Counted from the stretch's first letter, positions 19,489-29,689 are shown. The stretch is 35,729 bases of DNA from Candidatus Falkowbacteria bacterium (GCA_037137655.1 JBAXJX010000002.1:1-35729), one strand, 5' to 3'. The notes: generated from the sequence alone by a model not told the origin. Numbers and translations: made by a program.

Positions 19489-20295
19489 ATGGCCGAAGAA
19501 TTAAAACGTAAAACAGTTGGTTTGGCTCTTGGTAGCGGTGGCTTTCGTGGCCCAGCCCATGTTGGTGTTATTAAAGCTCTAATAGCTAATGGCATTCCAA
19601 TTGACTACATTGCTGGCGCCAGTATCGGTGCCTGGGTTGGAGCGCATTATGCTCTTTACCAAGACGTTGAGAAATTGGAAAATGATTTTCTAAAAAAACA
19701 ACGTGAAAAAATTGCCATGTTCTCCGACATTAGTCGTAAAGGCGGATTGATTCGCGGTGAAGTAATTGAAAAATTTTTGCGCAAACTTTTTAATGGCGCC
19801 GAATTTAAAAATACTGAAATTCCAATAAAAATTGTAGCCACCGATTTGATTTCCGGTGATCAAGTTATTTTTCAAAAAGGTGATTTAGCTCAAGCAGTTC
19901 GCGCCAGCATTTCCATTCCCATGACTTTCAAACCTTTTGTTTTCAAAGATAAACTTTTAGTTGACGGTGGACTTAGCAACCCGGTTCCTGATAGTATTGT
20001 AAAGGATATGGGCGCCGATATCGTTATTGGGGTAAATCTTTACAATAAATATAAATACGAAAATAAAGCATCCATGGTAAACGTGGTAATGCGGGGCGTG
20101 GAAATAATTTTATATAATTTAACCAAAAGTAATACTCATCGCTGTGATATATTAATTGAACCGGATACTTCTGAATTCTACAAAACTTCAAAGCTAAAAA
20201 AATATTTTGACGACAGCTATGTTGAACAAATATTACATCAAGGTGAATTGGCCACTGAAGCGTTAATTCCAAAAATAAAAGACCTGTTAAAATAA
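19489..20295 (+). CDS. Patatin-like phospholipase (RssA-like)
   Basis: LALGSGGFRG.AH.GV, GASIG, DGG. Confidence 0.93.
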   Translation: MAEELKRKTVGLALGSGGFRGPAHVGVIKALIANGIPIDYIAGASIGAWVGAHYALYQDVEKLENDFLKKQREKIAMFSDISRKGGLIRGEVIEKFLRKLFNGAEFKNTEIPIKIVATDLISGDQVIFQKGDLAQAVRASISIPMTFKPFVFKDKLLVDGGLSNPVPDSIVKDMGADIVIGVNLYNKYKYENKASMVNVVMRGVEIILYNLTKSNTHRCDILIEPDTSEFYKTSKLKKYFDDSYVEQILHQGELATEALIPKIKDLLK

Positions 20296-20319
20296 CAGGT
20301 CTTTTTTTTATTTAGAATA

Positions 20320-21111
20320 TTATTTTAATTTACTAATCACCTTCAAAATCGCTTCATGCGTTACACCATTGCTGGCCAACATGTCTTTCGATTTTATAGT
20401 CCATTCTTTATTTTTAAAATCAGTAACCACACCGCCAGCCTCGCGCACCAACAAAACGCCAGCGGCCACATCCCAAGAATGTGCTCCAGGAATCATAATC
20501 GATTCTACTCGACCAGTGGCGACATAAGCTAGCTCTAATGAAGCGCTACCAAGTTGGCGCACATCAAAATTATTTAATTTTTGGTAATTATAATATTTTA
20601 TCGCTTTTTTAATATCAGCAATTTTAGAACTATGACAAAAAGTATTAATAGCATTACCGTGGTCAATGTTGGATACTTCAATTTTTTTACCATTAAGATA
20701 GGCTCCACCAATTTCCGCTAAGAAAAATTCTTTTAACACGGGTGCAAAAATAAATCCTAATACCGGTTCGCCGTCATAAAATAAAGCGACCGACACAGCC
20801 CATAGTGGATTGTGCATCGAAAAATTATGTGTTCCATCCAGAGGATCAACTACCCATAAAAAATCAGAGTCTTTTTTATTGGCACCCGCCTCTTCTGATA
20901 AAATTTTATGTGTTGGGAAATTTTTCTTAATCGCTCCCAAAATTATTTTTTCACTGGCCAAATCAGCCGCGGTCACAATTTCATGAAAAGATTTTAATTT
21001 AAAATCAGAGCGACTATATTTTTCGTAGCGTTTTAATAATTCTGTGCCCGCCGCAAAGACCATATCAATCCCCACTTTTTTAATTGTTTCAATGTTGTTG
21101 TTGTTTTTCAT
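20320..21111 (-). CDS. Inositol monophosphatase family (SuhB-like)
   Basis: VTAAD..SE, SEE, WVVDPLDGTHNF, GSASLEL..VA.G, WDVAAG.LLV.EAGG. Confidence 0.93.
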   Translation of the reverse strand: MKNNNNIETIKKVGIDMVFAAGTELLKRYEKYSRSDFKLKSFHEIVTAADLASEKIILGAIKKNFPTHKILSEEAGANKKDSDFLWVVDPLDGTHNFSMHNPLWAVSVALFYDGEPVLGFIFAPVLKEFFLAEIGGAYLNGKKIEVSNIDHGNAINTFCHSSKIADIKKAIKYYNYQKLNNFDVRQLGSASLELAYVATGRVESIMIPGAHSWDVAAGVLLVREAGGVVTDFKNKEWTIKSKDMLASNGVTHEAILKVISKLK

Positions 21112-21129
21112 ATCTATTTATTTTATTTA

Positions 21130-22251
21130 TTAATCTTTAATACAGCGAACGGAAACGGCTGATGACTTATAGTAACTAGAATGGGCTATGTCAGTGCCGC
21201 CATAAGTTAAATACCAATCTGGTGGGTAGAAATTATTAGTTGACGTCCAGAATATCGTCTGGCTATAAATCTGACCGAAACCATGATTATACACATAGCC
21301 TGCTGGTAGCACTGAAAAACCAGAGGAGTTGTCTCCTGGATCAGCCGCATAAGTATTCCAATCAGCTGTCATAGCTTTCATTTTTCCACCAGCCACAGAG
21401 GCGCCACCTAAAAAATTTACCAGAGTAGAAAAATCATTATCACTTGGAATATGCCAACCTATTGGACAGATACCCTTGGCATTGGCGCCATTATATTGCA
21501 TGGCCTCATCCCATTGGTACAGACCACCATAAACATCACAGCTGCTCGTAGCATTATTATAACAATATTTTTCTATAACAGGCACTGGAATATTATTACT
21601 CTGATCCGTATTACAAGTCGTCCCGCCACCAGCACCACACAGCATAGTCCCCACATTTAAATTTTTACTCATCCAACACTGAGTACCTATTTGGACAGTA
21701 GGGTAAGAATAACCACCATAAATACCAATTGATCCACATTCAGTAAATCCACAAAAACCAACTTTATTGTCACATGGAACACAATTGCTACCATCACTAA
21801 TTCCAGCTGGCGTGGCACAGTGTACACCAGTTGTCATTGCTCCAACCGGGCCACCAGTACAATAAGAAATAGCATATGAAGCATTATCGGAACTTGGAAT
21901 ATAAACATAAGCACTGGCCGATGAAGTCGAACACCCTCCGTCAGCCGGAGTCGGCGGGGTTGGGATTATCGCCATGTAAGTTGTGGTGCCTTGAGTTGAG
22001 GTAGAAAAAATTGCGCCAGTCGTAAATTCAGCTGCTGTAGGATAACGTTGTTTATCATTAAAATATAATTCCAGCGCTGTTTGCATTTGTTTCACGTCAG
22101 CCACACGCCGCGCATCACGCGCTTTGGCTCGAGCATTTTGTAAAGCCACGACAGCAATTGTCGCCAAGATGCCGATAATAGCAATAACCACGAGTAATTC
22201 TATTAAAGTGAAGCCGCGTGAATGCGCAGCGTTTTTACGTGCGTTTTTCAT
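21130..22251 (-). CDS. Type IV pilin-like protein with FISUMP-like domain
   Basis: SRG|FTLIELLVV; YPTVQIGTQCWMSKNLN, YGGLYQW, CPIGWHIPS, SGFSVLPAG, FWTS, SVRCIKD. Confidence 0.9.
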   Translation of the reverse strand: MKNARKNAAHSRGFTLIELLVVIAIIGILATIAVVALQNARAKARDARRVADVKQMQTALELYFNDKQRYPTAAEFTTGAIFSTSTQGTTTYMAIIPTPPTPADGGCSTSSASAYVYIPSSDNASYAISYCTGGPVGAMTTGVHCATPAGISDGSNCVPCDNKVGFCGFTECGSIGIYGGYSYPTVQIGTQCWMSKNLNVGTMLCGAGGGTTCNTDQSNNIPVPVIEKYCYNNATSSCDVYGGLYQWDEAMQYNGANAKGICPIGWHIPSDNDFSTLVNFLGGASVAGGKMKAMTADWNTYAADPGDNSSGFSVLPAGYVYNHGFGQIYSQTIFWTSTNNFYPPDWYLTYGGTDIAHSSYYKSSAVSVRCIKD

Positions 22252-22258
22252 ATTTTTT

Positions 22259-22762
22259 TTAAAACACGACTAGCTCGTCTAATATTTTTAATTCAATTTT
22301 ATTTTTTTCCAAATTCCAAACCGCAAAACTGGCGCGCTGAAAAACGCCGCCCAGCGTTCCCGGATTAATAAACTCTATGCCTTGTTTGGTTTCCATCCAT
22401 GGCTTATGAGTATGACCATAAAAAACATAAAGCGGGTGAGCTTCAACTTTTAAAACATCCGTAAAAAAATCTGGCTCATGACAAATGCCGATTTTTTTAT
22501 CACCAATTGTGCAGGCACCGTAGCGCCCAATATAATTTATATTTTTAAAAGCACTTAAATATTCATCCTCATAAAGTTCCATATTACCCCGCACTAAAAA
22601 AATCTCCCCGGAAAAATTCTGACTCAAATAAGCAATAGTCTCTTCATTGGTCACATCACCGCAACAAATAATCTTGGTCGCTAAATTAATTTTCGCCCAA
22701 GTTAAACATTTTTTTAGATTCACTAAATTATCGTGAATATCGGAAATAATAATTGCTTTCAT
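22259..22762 (-). CDS. YfcE/MJ0936-type metallophosphoesterase
   Basis: ISDIHDN, CGD, VRGN, H, GHTH, INPG. Confidence 0.9.
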   Translation of the reverse strand: MKAIIISDIHDNLVNLKKCLTWAKINLATKIICCGDVTNEETIAYLSQNFSGEIFLVRGNMELYEDEYLSAFKNINYIGRYGACTIGDKKIGICHEPDFFTDVLKVEAHPLYVFYGHTHKPWMETKQGIEFINPGTLGGVFQRASFAVWNLEKNKIELKILDELVVF

Positions 22763-22783
22763 AAAATAAAAATTAAGCTAAGA

Positions 22784-23353
22784 TTATTTTCTTAGCTTTA
22801 TTTCGTAGTCCATTTGTTCAATGCGACGAAGGTTGCCACGAGCCTGATCATACTTCGTGCGCAAATATCCAGTCATATCAAAATCAGTTAATTCTGACAT
22901 GATATCATTAATAATTTCTTTAACTTCTTTTACTTTTTCAAATTTACCGGCAGCTGCTTGATTAGTCGCAAAGCGGATTAATTCACCAGTCATATCACAA
23001 ATCCCACCCAAATAAGCCACGTTATCTAATTTCAAACCTTTAATCTTATCTAATTTTTGACCGCTTAAAACAAAATACAAAAACTTTGATTCCACATATT
23101 CTTCGGTGGCGGCCCGGTACGGACCTTGCTCATCGAGTGAAGCGATGCCAAATTTTTTCTCCAATTTTTTCAAATCATCTTCAATCGCTAACAATCTAGC
23201 ACCAGCCGCTTCAATGTCTCCACGGTGCAAAGAAAAACCAATTTTCTTAGCTTCGAATAAAATATTATTGGCTTGAGAATTTATTTGACGACGTTCACTT
23301 TCGCCTTTGGTATATTCCGACTTTAAAGTCGTCATGAACTTTTTATTAATCAT
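22784..23353 (-). CDS. Translin/TRAX family protein
   Basis: Start probably ATG 23353 (avoids overlap with the upstream gene); F.LHR, EEYVES, YLGG.CD.TGEL.R, LR.K.D motifs. Confidence 0.8.
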   Translation of the reverse strand: MINKKFMTTLKSEYTKGESERRQINSQANNILFEAKKIGFSLHRGDIEAAGARLLAIEDDLKKLEKKFGIASLDEQGPYRAATEEYVESKFLYFVLSGQKLDKIKGLKLDNVAYLGGICDMTGELIRFATNQAAAGKFEKVKEVKEIINDIMSELTDFDMTGYLRTKYDQARGNLRRIEQMDYEIKLRK

Positions 23354-23369
23354 ACTGTTTTTGAATAAA

Positions 23370-26300
23370 TTATTTAGAAACACGGAATACTTCTTCCACG
23401 CTTGTATCTCCTCGTAGCGCTTTCAAAATTCCGTCTTGCATCATCGTCACCATGCCGGTTCTTTCCACGGCCAATCTTTCAACGTCGTAATCACTAGAAT
23501 TTGGATCTTGAATCGCTTTTTGGATTTCTGGGTCAACTACCATAACTTCATACAAACCGAGGCGACCCTTATAACCAATCTTATTACATTTTTCGCAACC
23601 AACTGCTTTGTAGAATTTTAAAGTCTCAGGCACCACGGCGTCAGGATTTTTTATTTCTGCTAAAATAGTTTTAACTTCTGCCATGGTCGCATCATCTAGA
23701 GTTGTTTCTGCTTTACAGTATGGGCAAAGTTTACGGACTAAACGTTGACCGATGGCGCACTCAATCGCATTAGCAAATTGCGCCCGCTCCACACCTAAAC
23801 CGATAAAGCGAGAAATAGCCCCCGAAGCACTGTTAGCATGAATAGTTGATAATACTAAGTGACCAGTTAACGCTGCCTCAATCGCAATACTCGCGGTTTC
23901 ATTATCACGAATTTCACCGATCATCATGATGTTTGGATTTTGGCGAAGAAGTGAACGCATCGCCACTGCAAAAGTATAGCCCTTTTCCGTATCAATTTGA
24001 GTTTGAATCAAACCTTCCATTTGATATTCAATCGGATCTTCCACGGTAATAATTTTTACATTGCTCGTATTTAAGTGTTTTAACAAACTATACAAAGTTG
24101 TCGTTTTACCAGAACCAGTTGGACCAGTCGTAATAATAATACCTTTAGTCTTTTGCGCCGCACCAAGAATCGCTTTCAAAGAATAATTATCAATACCCAT
24201 CTTAGTCATATCTAAAGCTTCACCCTTGCTTGATAACAAACGAATTACCACGGTCTCGCCGTAACCACCAGAAATCACAGACACACGACAATCAATTTTA
24301 TCTTTACCCATGAAAATTGCGAACCGACCATCCATCGTGGCGCGACGAACATTGGTCGCAAAACCACACATAATTTTTATCTCTCCCAAAAATCCAGTGT
24401 AATGTTCTTTTGATAAACTTAAAATATCATGCATCACACCATCAATACGGAAACGGAATTTAACATCATGTTCAGTTGGCTCAATATGCATATCGCCGGC
24501 CTCACTCTTCACACCCAAGGCCATAATGACTTTAATAATATCACTAGTCGGCACTGACATAATTGTCGGCACAATTGTTTCTGGCGCCGCCAAAAGAGCA
24601 ACTGCTTGCGCCAAGTCTTCTTCACTTAATTTAATACCACGGCCCATAGTTTGAGAAACGATCACATTGTACAATTCATCAATATATGAGAAGTCACCAA
24701 TCACGCGATACACTTCTTCTAAACTAGTTTCGCCATTTAAAACTTTTAAAACACCATCTTGCAACATCGTTAACATGCCATTTTCAATCGCTTGTTGTAA
24801 AATTTTAAAGGCCGGTGCACCGTCCATAGTTAATTGTTTAATCTTATCGTCCGGCACAAACAATTCATATAAACCAACCCGTCCCTTATAACCAATACTA
24901 TTACATTTAACACAACCAACACCAGCTTTATAAAAAGTTGGCAAAGTTGAAGGAATATTAATTTTGGCGCGTGGTGAAATTGTCGCTAAAATACGACTAA
25001 GACGATCAGCCTCTTCTTCATTTAAAGTATGTTCCACGCGACAAAAAGGACAAAGCTTACGAATCAAACGTTGACCAATCACACAATTAATTGAGGGCAC
25101 CAAAAACATTGGTTTCACACCCATATCAATCATACGTGGAATAACACCAGCGGCATCATTGGTATGTAAAGTTGATAATACTAAATGACCAGTCAGTGAC
25201 GCTTGCACGGCAATCTCCGCTGTTTCCAAATCACGAATTTCTCCCACCATCACAATGTCTGGATCTTGGCGTAAAATCGAACGTAAACCACCGGCAAAAG
25301 TAAAACCTTTAGCCGGATCAACTTGACTTTGAGAGATACCTTTTAATTGATATTCAATCGGATCTTCGAGCGTAATAATTTTTTCACCCGGTTCATTTAA
25401 TTTATTTAAAATCGAATACAATGTTGTTGTTTTACCGGAACCAGTCGGACCAGTCGTTAAAATTAAACCATTTGGACGATCAATTTGTTCTTGTAAAATC
25501 TTAAAATTCTCCGGACGTAAACCAAGAGATTCAAACGGCACACCAACTGAAGAAGAAAAGAGCAGTCGCATTACCACGCTCTCACCAAAAGCAGTTGGTA
25601 AGAAAGAAGAACGGACATCAATTTTATCATCAGTTAAATGAATGGTATAACGACCATCTTGCGGTCGATCCTCTACGTTAATTTTTACGCCAGCTAAAAT
25701 TTTCATGCGCGAAATAATCCGTTTCCATTTATCACGATCAAGTACAGCCGCTTCTTGCAAGACACCGTCAACACGCAAACGAACCACCACACCATTTTCC
25801 TCAGCCTCAATATGAATATCGGAGGAGCCAACTTTCATGGCTGTAGCCAAAATTAAAGTAACGATATCAGAAATATTAACTTTATTTATTTGCTCATCTA
25901 AAGAACGATAACTAGAAATTACGGCTTTAAATTTTTCTAAATCTTCCGCCTTAATCTCCACACCAGAATCATATTTCTTCACTTTAGGAATTGTTTTATA
26001 AATTTCTAGTGCGGCATCTAAACTAGTTTGAGAAATAAAATAAGTTCGACTCTTCGAAAAATATTTAGCATCAATCGTCGCAGCTAATTCCTGAACATCT
26101 TCTATCTGTGGATTGATAGCACCAATGCGCACATTGTCACCATCGTAAAAGAAGCAAACTGCATTAAGGGCGCGAGCTTGATCTTCCGGAATAAGGCCAA
26201 TTGCCTCCGGACTTATTGGGAAGCCAACTAACTTAATATAATCACCTCCCAAAGCCGCGGCCCGAGATTCAACTTCTTGTTCAATTTTTTTTAGTTGTAT

Positions 26301-26396
26301 TTCTTTTTGCTTAGCGACTAATTTACCTTGCGGTGTGTCATCATCATTAACGGGTTTTTTACTAAGCAACGAAGAAATGGAATCAAATCCAGCCAT
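23370..26396 (-). CDS. Tandem double-domain PilB/GspE assembly ATPase
   Basis: Two full sets of D.HIE, TGPTGSGKTTTLY, EDPIEY, RQ.P...M.GEIRD, TGHLVLST.H.N, CxxC...CxxC, GYKGR.GLYE. Confidence 0.95.
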   Translation of the reverse strand: MAGFDSISSLLSKKPVNDDDTPQGKLVAKQKEIQLKKIEQEVESRAAALGGDYIKLVGFPISPEAIGLIPEDQARALNAVCFFYDGDNVRIGAINPQIEDVQELAATIDAKYFSKSRTYFISQTSLDAALEIYKTIPKVKKYDSGVEIKAEDLEKFKAVISSYRSLDEQINKVNISDIVTLILATAMKVGSSDIHIEAEENGVVVRLRVDGVLQEAAVLDRDKWKRIISRMKILAGVKINVEDRPQDGRYTIHLTDDKIDVRSSFLPTAFGESVVMRLLFSSSVGVPFESLGLRPENFKILQEQIDRPNGLILTTGPTGSGKTTTLYSILNKLNEPGEKIITLEDPIEYQLKGISQSQVDPAKGFTFAGGLRSILRQDPDIVMVGEIRDLETAEIAVQASLTGHLVLSTLHTNDAAGVIPRMIDMGVKPMFLVPSINCVIGQRLIRKLCPFCRVEHTLNEEEADRLSRILATISPRAKINIPSTLPTFYKAGVGCVKCNSIGYKGRVGLYELFVPDDKIKQLTMDGAPAFKILQQAIENGMLTMLQDGVLKVLNGETSLEEVYRVIGDFSYIDELYNVIVSQTMGRGIKLSEEDLAQAVALLAAPETIVPTIMSVPTSDIIKVIMALGVKSEAGDMHIEPTEHDVKFRFRIDGVMHDILSLSKEHYTGFLGEIKIMCGFATNVRRATMDGRFAIFMGKDKIDCRVSVISGGYGETVVIRLLSSKGEALDMTKMGIDNYSLKAILGAAQKTKGIIITTGPTGSGKTTTLYSLLKHLNTSNVKIITVEDPIEYQMEGLIQTQIDTEKGYTFAVAMRSLLRQNPNIMMIGEIRDNETASIAIEAALTGHLVLSTIHANSASGAISRFIGLGVERAQFANAIECAIGQRLVRKLCPYCKAETTLDDATMAEVKTILAEIKNPDAVVPETLKFYKAVGCEKCNKIGYKGRLGLYEVMVVDPEIQKAIQDPNSSDYDVERLAVERTGMVTMMQDGILKALRGDTSVEEVFRVSK

Positions 26397-26406
26397 AGTC
26401 TAAAAT

Positions 26407-27423
26407 TTATTTTTTTAACAATTTAATATTTTTTATGTTTTCCGGAATTAATCTTTCTAATTTACTTTCACCACCATGACTATTTAAACTAACAAACAAA
26501 TGAGTCCAAACAATAATTTGCCAAGTAGCCAAAAATGATCCAGCCACAATAATAAAAATTGCTGCCACCGAGATTCCTAGCAAAACCGTGAACGCTGAAA
26601 CTGCAGCCGAAAATATCTGCACAAAACTTATTGAGAATAAAAAGAAAGGAATAAAAATTATAATAGCTGCAATCAGAATAGCAATTGTTGAAAGAAAACT
26701 AATCAAAAACAAAAGCAAAGAAACTTCAGTGCTGATAATCCAATTTTCTTTAAACAATATCCAAGCATGATTAAAGGCTTTTTGAGTATCGTATTTTTGC
26801 AAAATCACATAAGCAATCGCATATTTAAAAACAAAGGCCGCTAGAATTGCCACTGGAATTAAAATTATAAAAAGAGTGCTGTACAAAACATTAACAAAAA
26901 CAGTGGTATAACCCACAAAAAGTAGAGGAAATACAACTAAAAACACGAGAGCCGTAACAACAATTTTTACTAAAATATTTAAACAAAGCACTGGCCAAAA
27001 ATTAACTTGGCTGATTCTCATTTCATCGTGGAGAGAAATTTTTACAGAATCTTTTGCACCTTTAATTATTTTTTTAGCATTATCCACTAATACAATTTGA
27101 GAAGAAACTACCATCCAAACCACAAAAATAAAAGCCGCTAAAATAAGCAAACACATCGAGATAAATAAAAAGCCGACAAAAGGGCTCTCTCGAAAAATAG
27201 TAAGTAACCAGGAAAAAATTTGCCCATGAAAAATACCATCAACCACAAATGTTTGCCAACCGCTAAACCAATTTAAAATTGAATTGCGATCCATGGAACG
27301 CATTAATATTTTATATTCTGCTCCAATACTTAAAAAGGAAGCAAACATACCAAAAAACCACAAATATTTATTTTTCCAAGCGATAGAGAAAGACCGTCGC
27401 AAAATTTGGCGATAAGAGATCAT
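26407..27423 (-). CDS. Polytopic membrane protein, unknown function
   Basis: About 6-7 hydrophobic segments, AWKNKYLWFFG N-terminus; first gene of the unit containing the PilB-like ATPase. Confidence 0.8.
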   Translation of the reverse strand: MISYRQILRRSFSIAWKNKYLWFFGMFASFLSIGAEYKILMRSMDRNSILNWFSGWQTFVVDGIFHGQIFSWLLTIFRESPFVGFLFISMCLLILAAFIFVVWMVVSSQIVLVDNAKKIIKGAKDSVKISLHDEMRISQVNFWPVLCLNILVKIVVTALVFLVVFPLLFVGYTTVFVNVLYSTLFIILIPVAILAAFVFKYAIAYVILQKYDTQKAFNHAWILFKENWIISTEVSLLLFLISFLSTIAILIAAIIIFIPFFLFSISFVQIFSAAVSAFTVLLGISVAAIFIIVAGSFLATWQIIVWTHLFVSLNSHGGESKLERLIPENIKNIKLLKK

Positions 27424-27538
27424 AATTTTAAAAAATTAATAATTTAATTCTTGCTTTTATTATAACATAATTTCTAATTTTGACCAAGAAAAAAGCCTAA
27501 CATTATTTTATGTTAGGCTTCTAAAATTTATTAGTCTG

Positions 27539-28141
27539 TTACAACAAAACTTCGACACGTTCTGATACTTTTTCAGTGACAAATTCAAAATTATGATCGA
27601 CTTTAGCAACGCCAGGCATTAATTGAATTTTTAAATCACTATTGTACACAACGAAAGTTTCCCAAGAAAGACAGTCTTCGGTAGTCTCTTCATAAAACCA
27701 ATCGATTTTACGATCTTGATTTTTGTAAATAGTGGCGTTCACGATTAATTGCATAATGCCTTTTTCTGAAGTTCTTTTCACAATTCTGACACTAGCAATA
27801 ACTAGCGGTAGAGCAGCCAGTTCTTCAATTGAGGCGAATGGTTTTCCATTAGCATTTTTTTCGATGAAGAAGTTTAAAGGAATTATACATTTTCCCTTAG
27901 CTTGTTTGCGGCCATATCTCTCTCCAATTACTGCCACTGATTCGGTTTTAACAATGTATTCGTAATAAGAATCACGATGGCCCAAATTACCAACAGACGG
28001 AATAGCGATACAAACATTTTCGAAAGTCTCTAACTCTTCGTAAGTGTTAGTATTTTTTACAATCCACATCTCTTTACCGTTAACACTGATTTGCGCTTTA
28101 TGTTCTTCATTTTGAAGAACTACTATACTTTCTACATTCAT
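27539..28141 (-). CDS. Hypothetical protein
   Basis: 200-aa ORF flanked by a promoter-like element and a terminator hairpin. Confidence 0.7.
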   Translation of the reverse strand: MNVESIVVLQNEEHKAQISVNGKEMWIVKNTNTYEELETFENVCIAIPSVGNLGHRDSYYEYIVKTESVAVIGERYGRKQAKGKCIIPLNFFIEKNANGKPFASIEELAALPLVIASVRIVKRTSEKGIMQLIVNATIYKNQDRKIDWFYEETTEDCLSWETFVVYNSDLKIQLMPGVAKVDHNFEFVTEKVSERVEVLL

Positions 28142-28276
28142 GGCTATTTAGTTTTTAATTTACGTTTTAATTTCTTAATTAGAATAATAGCATAATTACA
28201 AGAAATTGTCAATGATGTGCTAAAAAGGCCAATAAAAAAGGAGCTTTTTATTAAAAACTCCTTATAACTTAACTAA

Positions 28277-28903
28277 TTAAAAACAAAGCTTGGGTACGAT
28301 AAATTTAACAAACTTTAAGGTTGCAGTAGTTATTAAAATAATAACCATGGGCCAAAAATGGATATAAGCCACAAAAAACATTCCAACAACTGATCCAATT
28401 AAAATACCTAATGCTAAAAACAAACCTTCAACAAAAAAACCGATTAAAGTAGCTAACCCGAAAAATATTATCATAATCAAGCAACAAGCCATAATCGAAA
28501 CGGAAATGCTTATTAGAGCGCAAAATAAACCAATTCCAACAGCACCAATTATATACGCCAAAAAAAACATTGATGATTTTTTAAGCTTATCTTTTTCATG
28601 ATCATCTGGTACTGCATTTTCCACCTTTGGCTCTAAATGCTCCACCATCACTGCAATGGTGGCTGTAAAAATGAAAATAATTGGAATATTCCAAATCATC
28701 GAAATGCCACGAAAACTAACATTCATCGGCAAATTAAAAATAATAAAATTAGGATTTTCAAAAAATACCATTCTAGTGACTAGCGGTATTCCCCCTAAAA
28801 GCCAGAAGATAAATAAATAGAACAAACTAGCTATAACTGTAATTTGGAGTGGAAGTTTTAAGTAATTAAACTTATAAACTAAATTTTTTGCCTTTTTTCT
28901 CAT
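28277..28903 (-). CDS. Hypothetical membrane protein (paralogue A)
   Basis: Multiple TM segments; PL.ITV.ASL.Y and WN.P.IF shared with the next gene. Confidence 0.75.
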   Translation of the reverse strand: MRKKAKNLVYKFNYLKLPLQITVIASLFYLFIFWLLGGIPLVTRMVFFENPNFIIFNLPMNVSFRGISMIWNIPIIFIFTATIAVMVEHLEPKVENAVPDDHEKDKLKKSSMFFLAYIIGAVGIGLFCALISISVSIMACCLIMIIFFGLATLIGFFVEGLFLALGILIGSVVGMFFVAYIHFWPMVIILITTATLKFVKFIVPKLCF

Positions 28904-29026
28904 TTTTATATTTTTTTAAGGTACAACACTAATTAAACTGATTTTTTATAGTACAATACAAACTTATTAATGTCAAATAAAAAAGCCGATAATATATATT
29001 ATCGGCTTGAATTTTTTTTAGAAAGA

Positions 29027-29689
29027 TTAGATTACGATATCACCTTTTATCGGTTTTTTTCGACCAGCTAGCCAATAAAATATTTTTGCTTCACCCTTAT
29101 TAGGAGATAATAAAAATATCACAGTTATAATTATCATTGGCGCTAAAAAAGCAGCCACCCCAACAATAATCATAATTAAAGCAGCCATGGTCATTCCGAA
29201 GACGCCTGAATAGAAGAAAATTGTCGCGCCAGATAATCCAGTAACGAACATAACAATAAAGGCTATAACCAAAATGATAACAACACTTATCTTAATGGCA
29301 AGCGTTGGATTATCCGCCAAAGAAAAACAACTAATTCCCCCAGCAAGCAAACCGACAACTATAGCAATTACGGTAATGGTCGATTTTGGCAATTCCATAT
29401 TAGAACTAACCGCCGAGCCATCTTCGCCGCAACGCCATTCATACTTAATCATCATGGCGAGTGTTGAAAATGCCGCCAAAAAAATTAACGGAACATTCCA
29501 AAACCAATTAAACGACAACTGGAGACTATAATCACTTATAATAACGTCATGAACCATGTCACTATACGGCTTTGGTAGATACAGATAGGCCACAAAATAA
29601 GGTAGGCTAGCGCACACGGTAATAAATAAGGGGATACGCCACAATTGCTTTCTCAAGCTGTCTCTTACTTCTTTTTCTTTCTTTTTCAT
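29027..29689 (-). CDS. Hypothetical membrane protein (paralogue B)
   Basis: Multiple TM segments; PLFITVCASLPY, WNVPLIF. Confidence 0.75.
   Translation of the reverse strand: MKKKEKEVRDSLRKQLWRIPLFITVCASLPYFVAYLYLPKPYSDMVHDVIISDYSLQLSFNWFWNVPLIFLAAFSTLAMMIKYEWRCGEDGSAVSSNMELPKSTITVIAIVVGLLAGGISCFSLADNPTLAIKISVVIILVIAFIVMFVTGLSGATIFFYSGVFGMTMAALIMIIVGVAAFLAPMIIITVIFLLSPNKGEAKIFYWLAGRKKPIKGDIVI

Noticed and set aside
756-22251. Diversity-generating retroelement targeting the FISUMP-like C-termini
   Set aside because: No reverse transcriptase and no adenine-variant template repeat matching the 3' ends in this window; a remote DGR cannot be excluded
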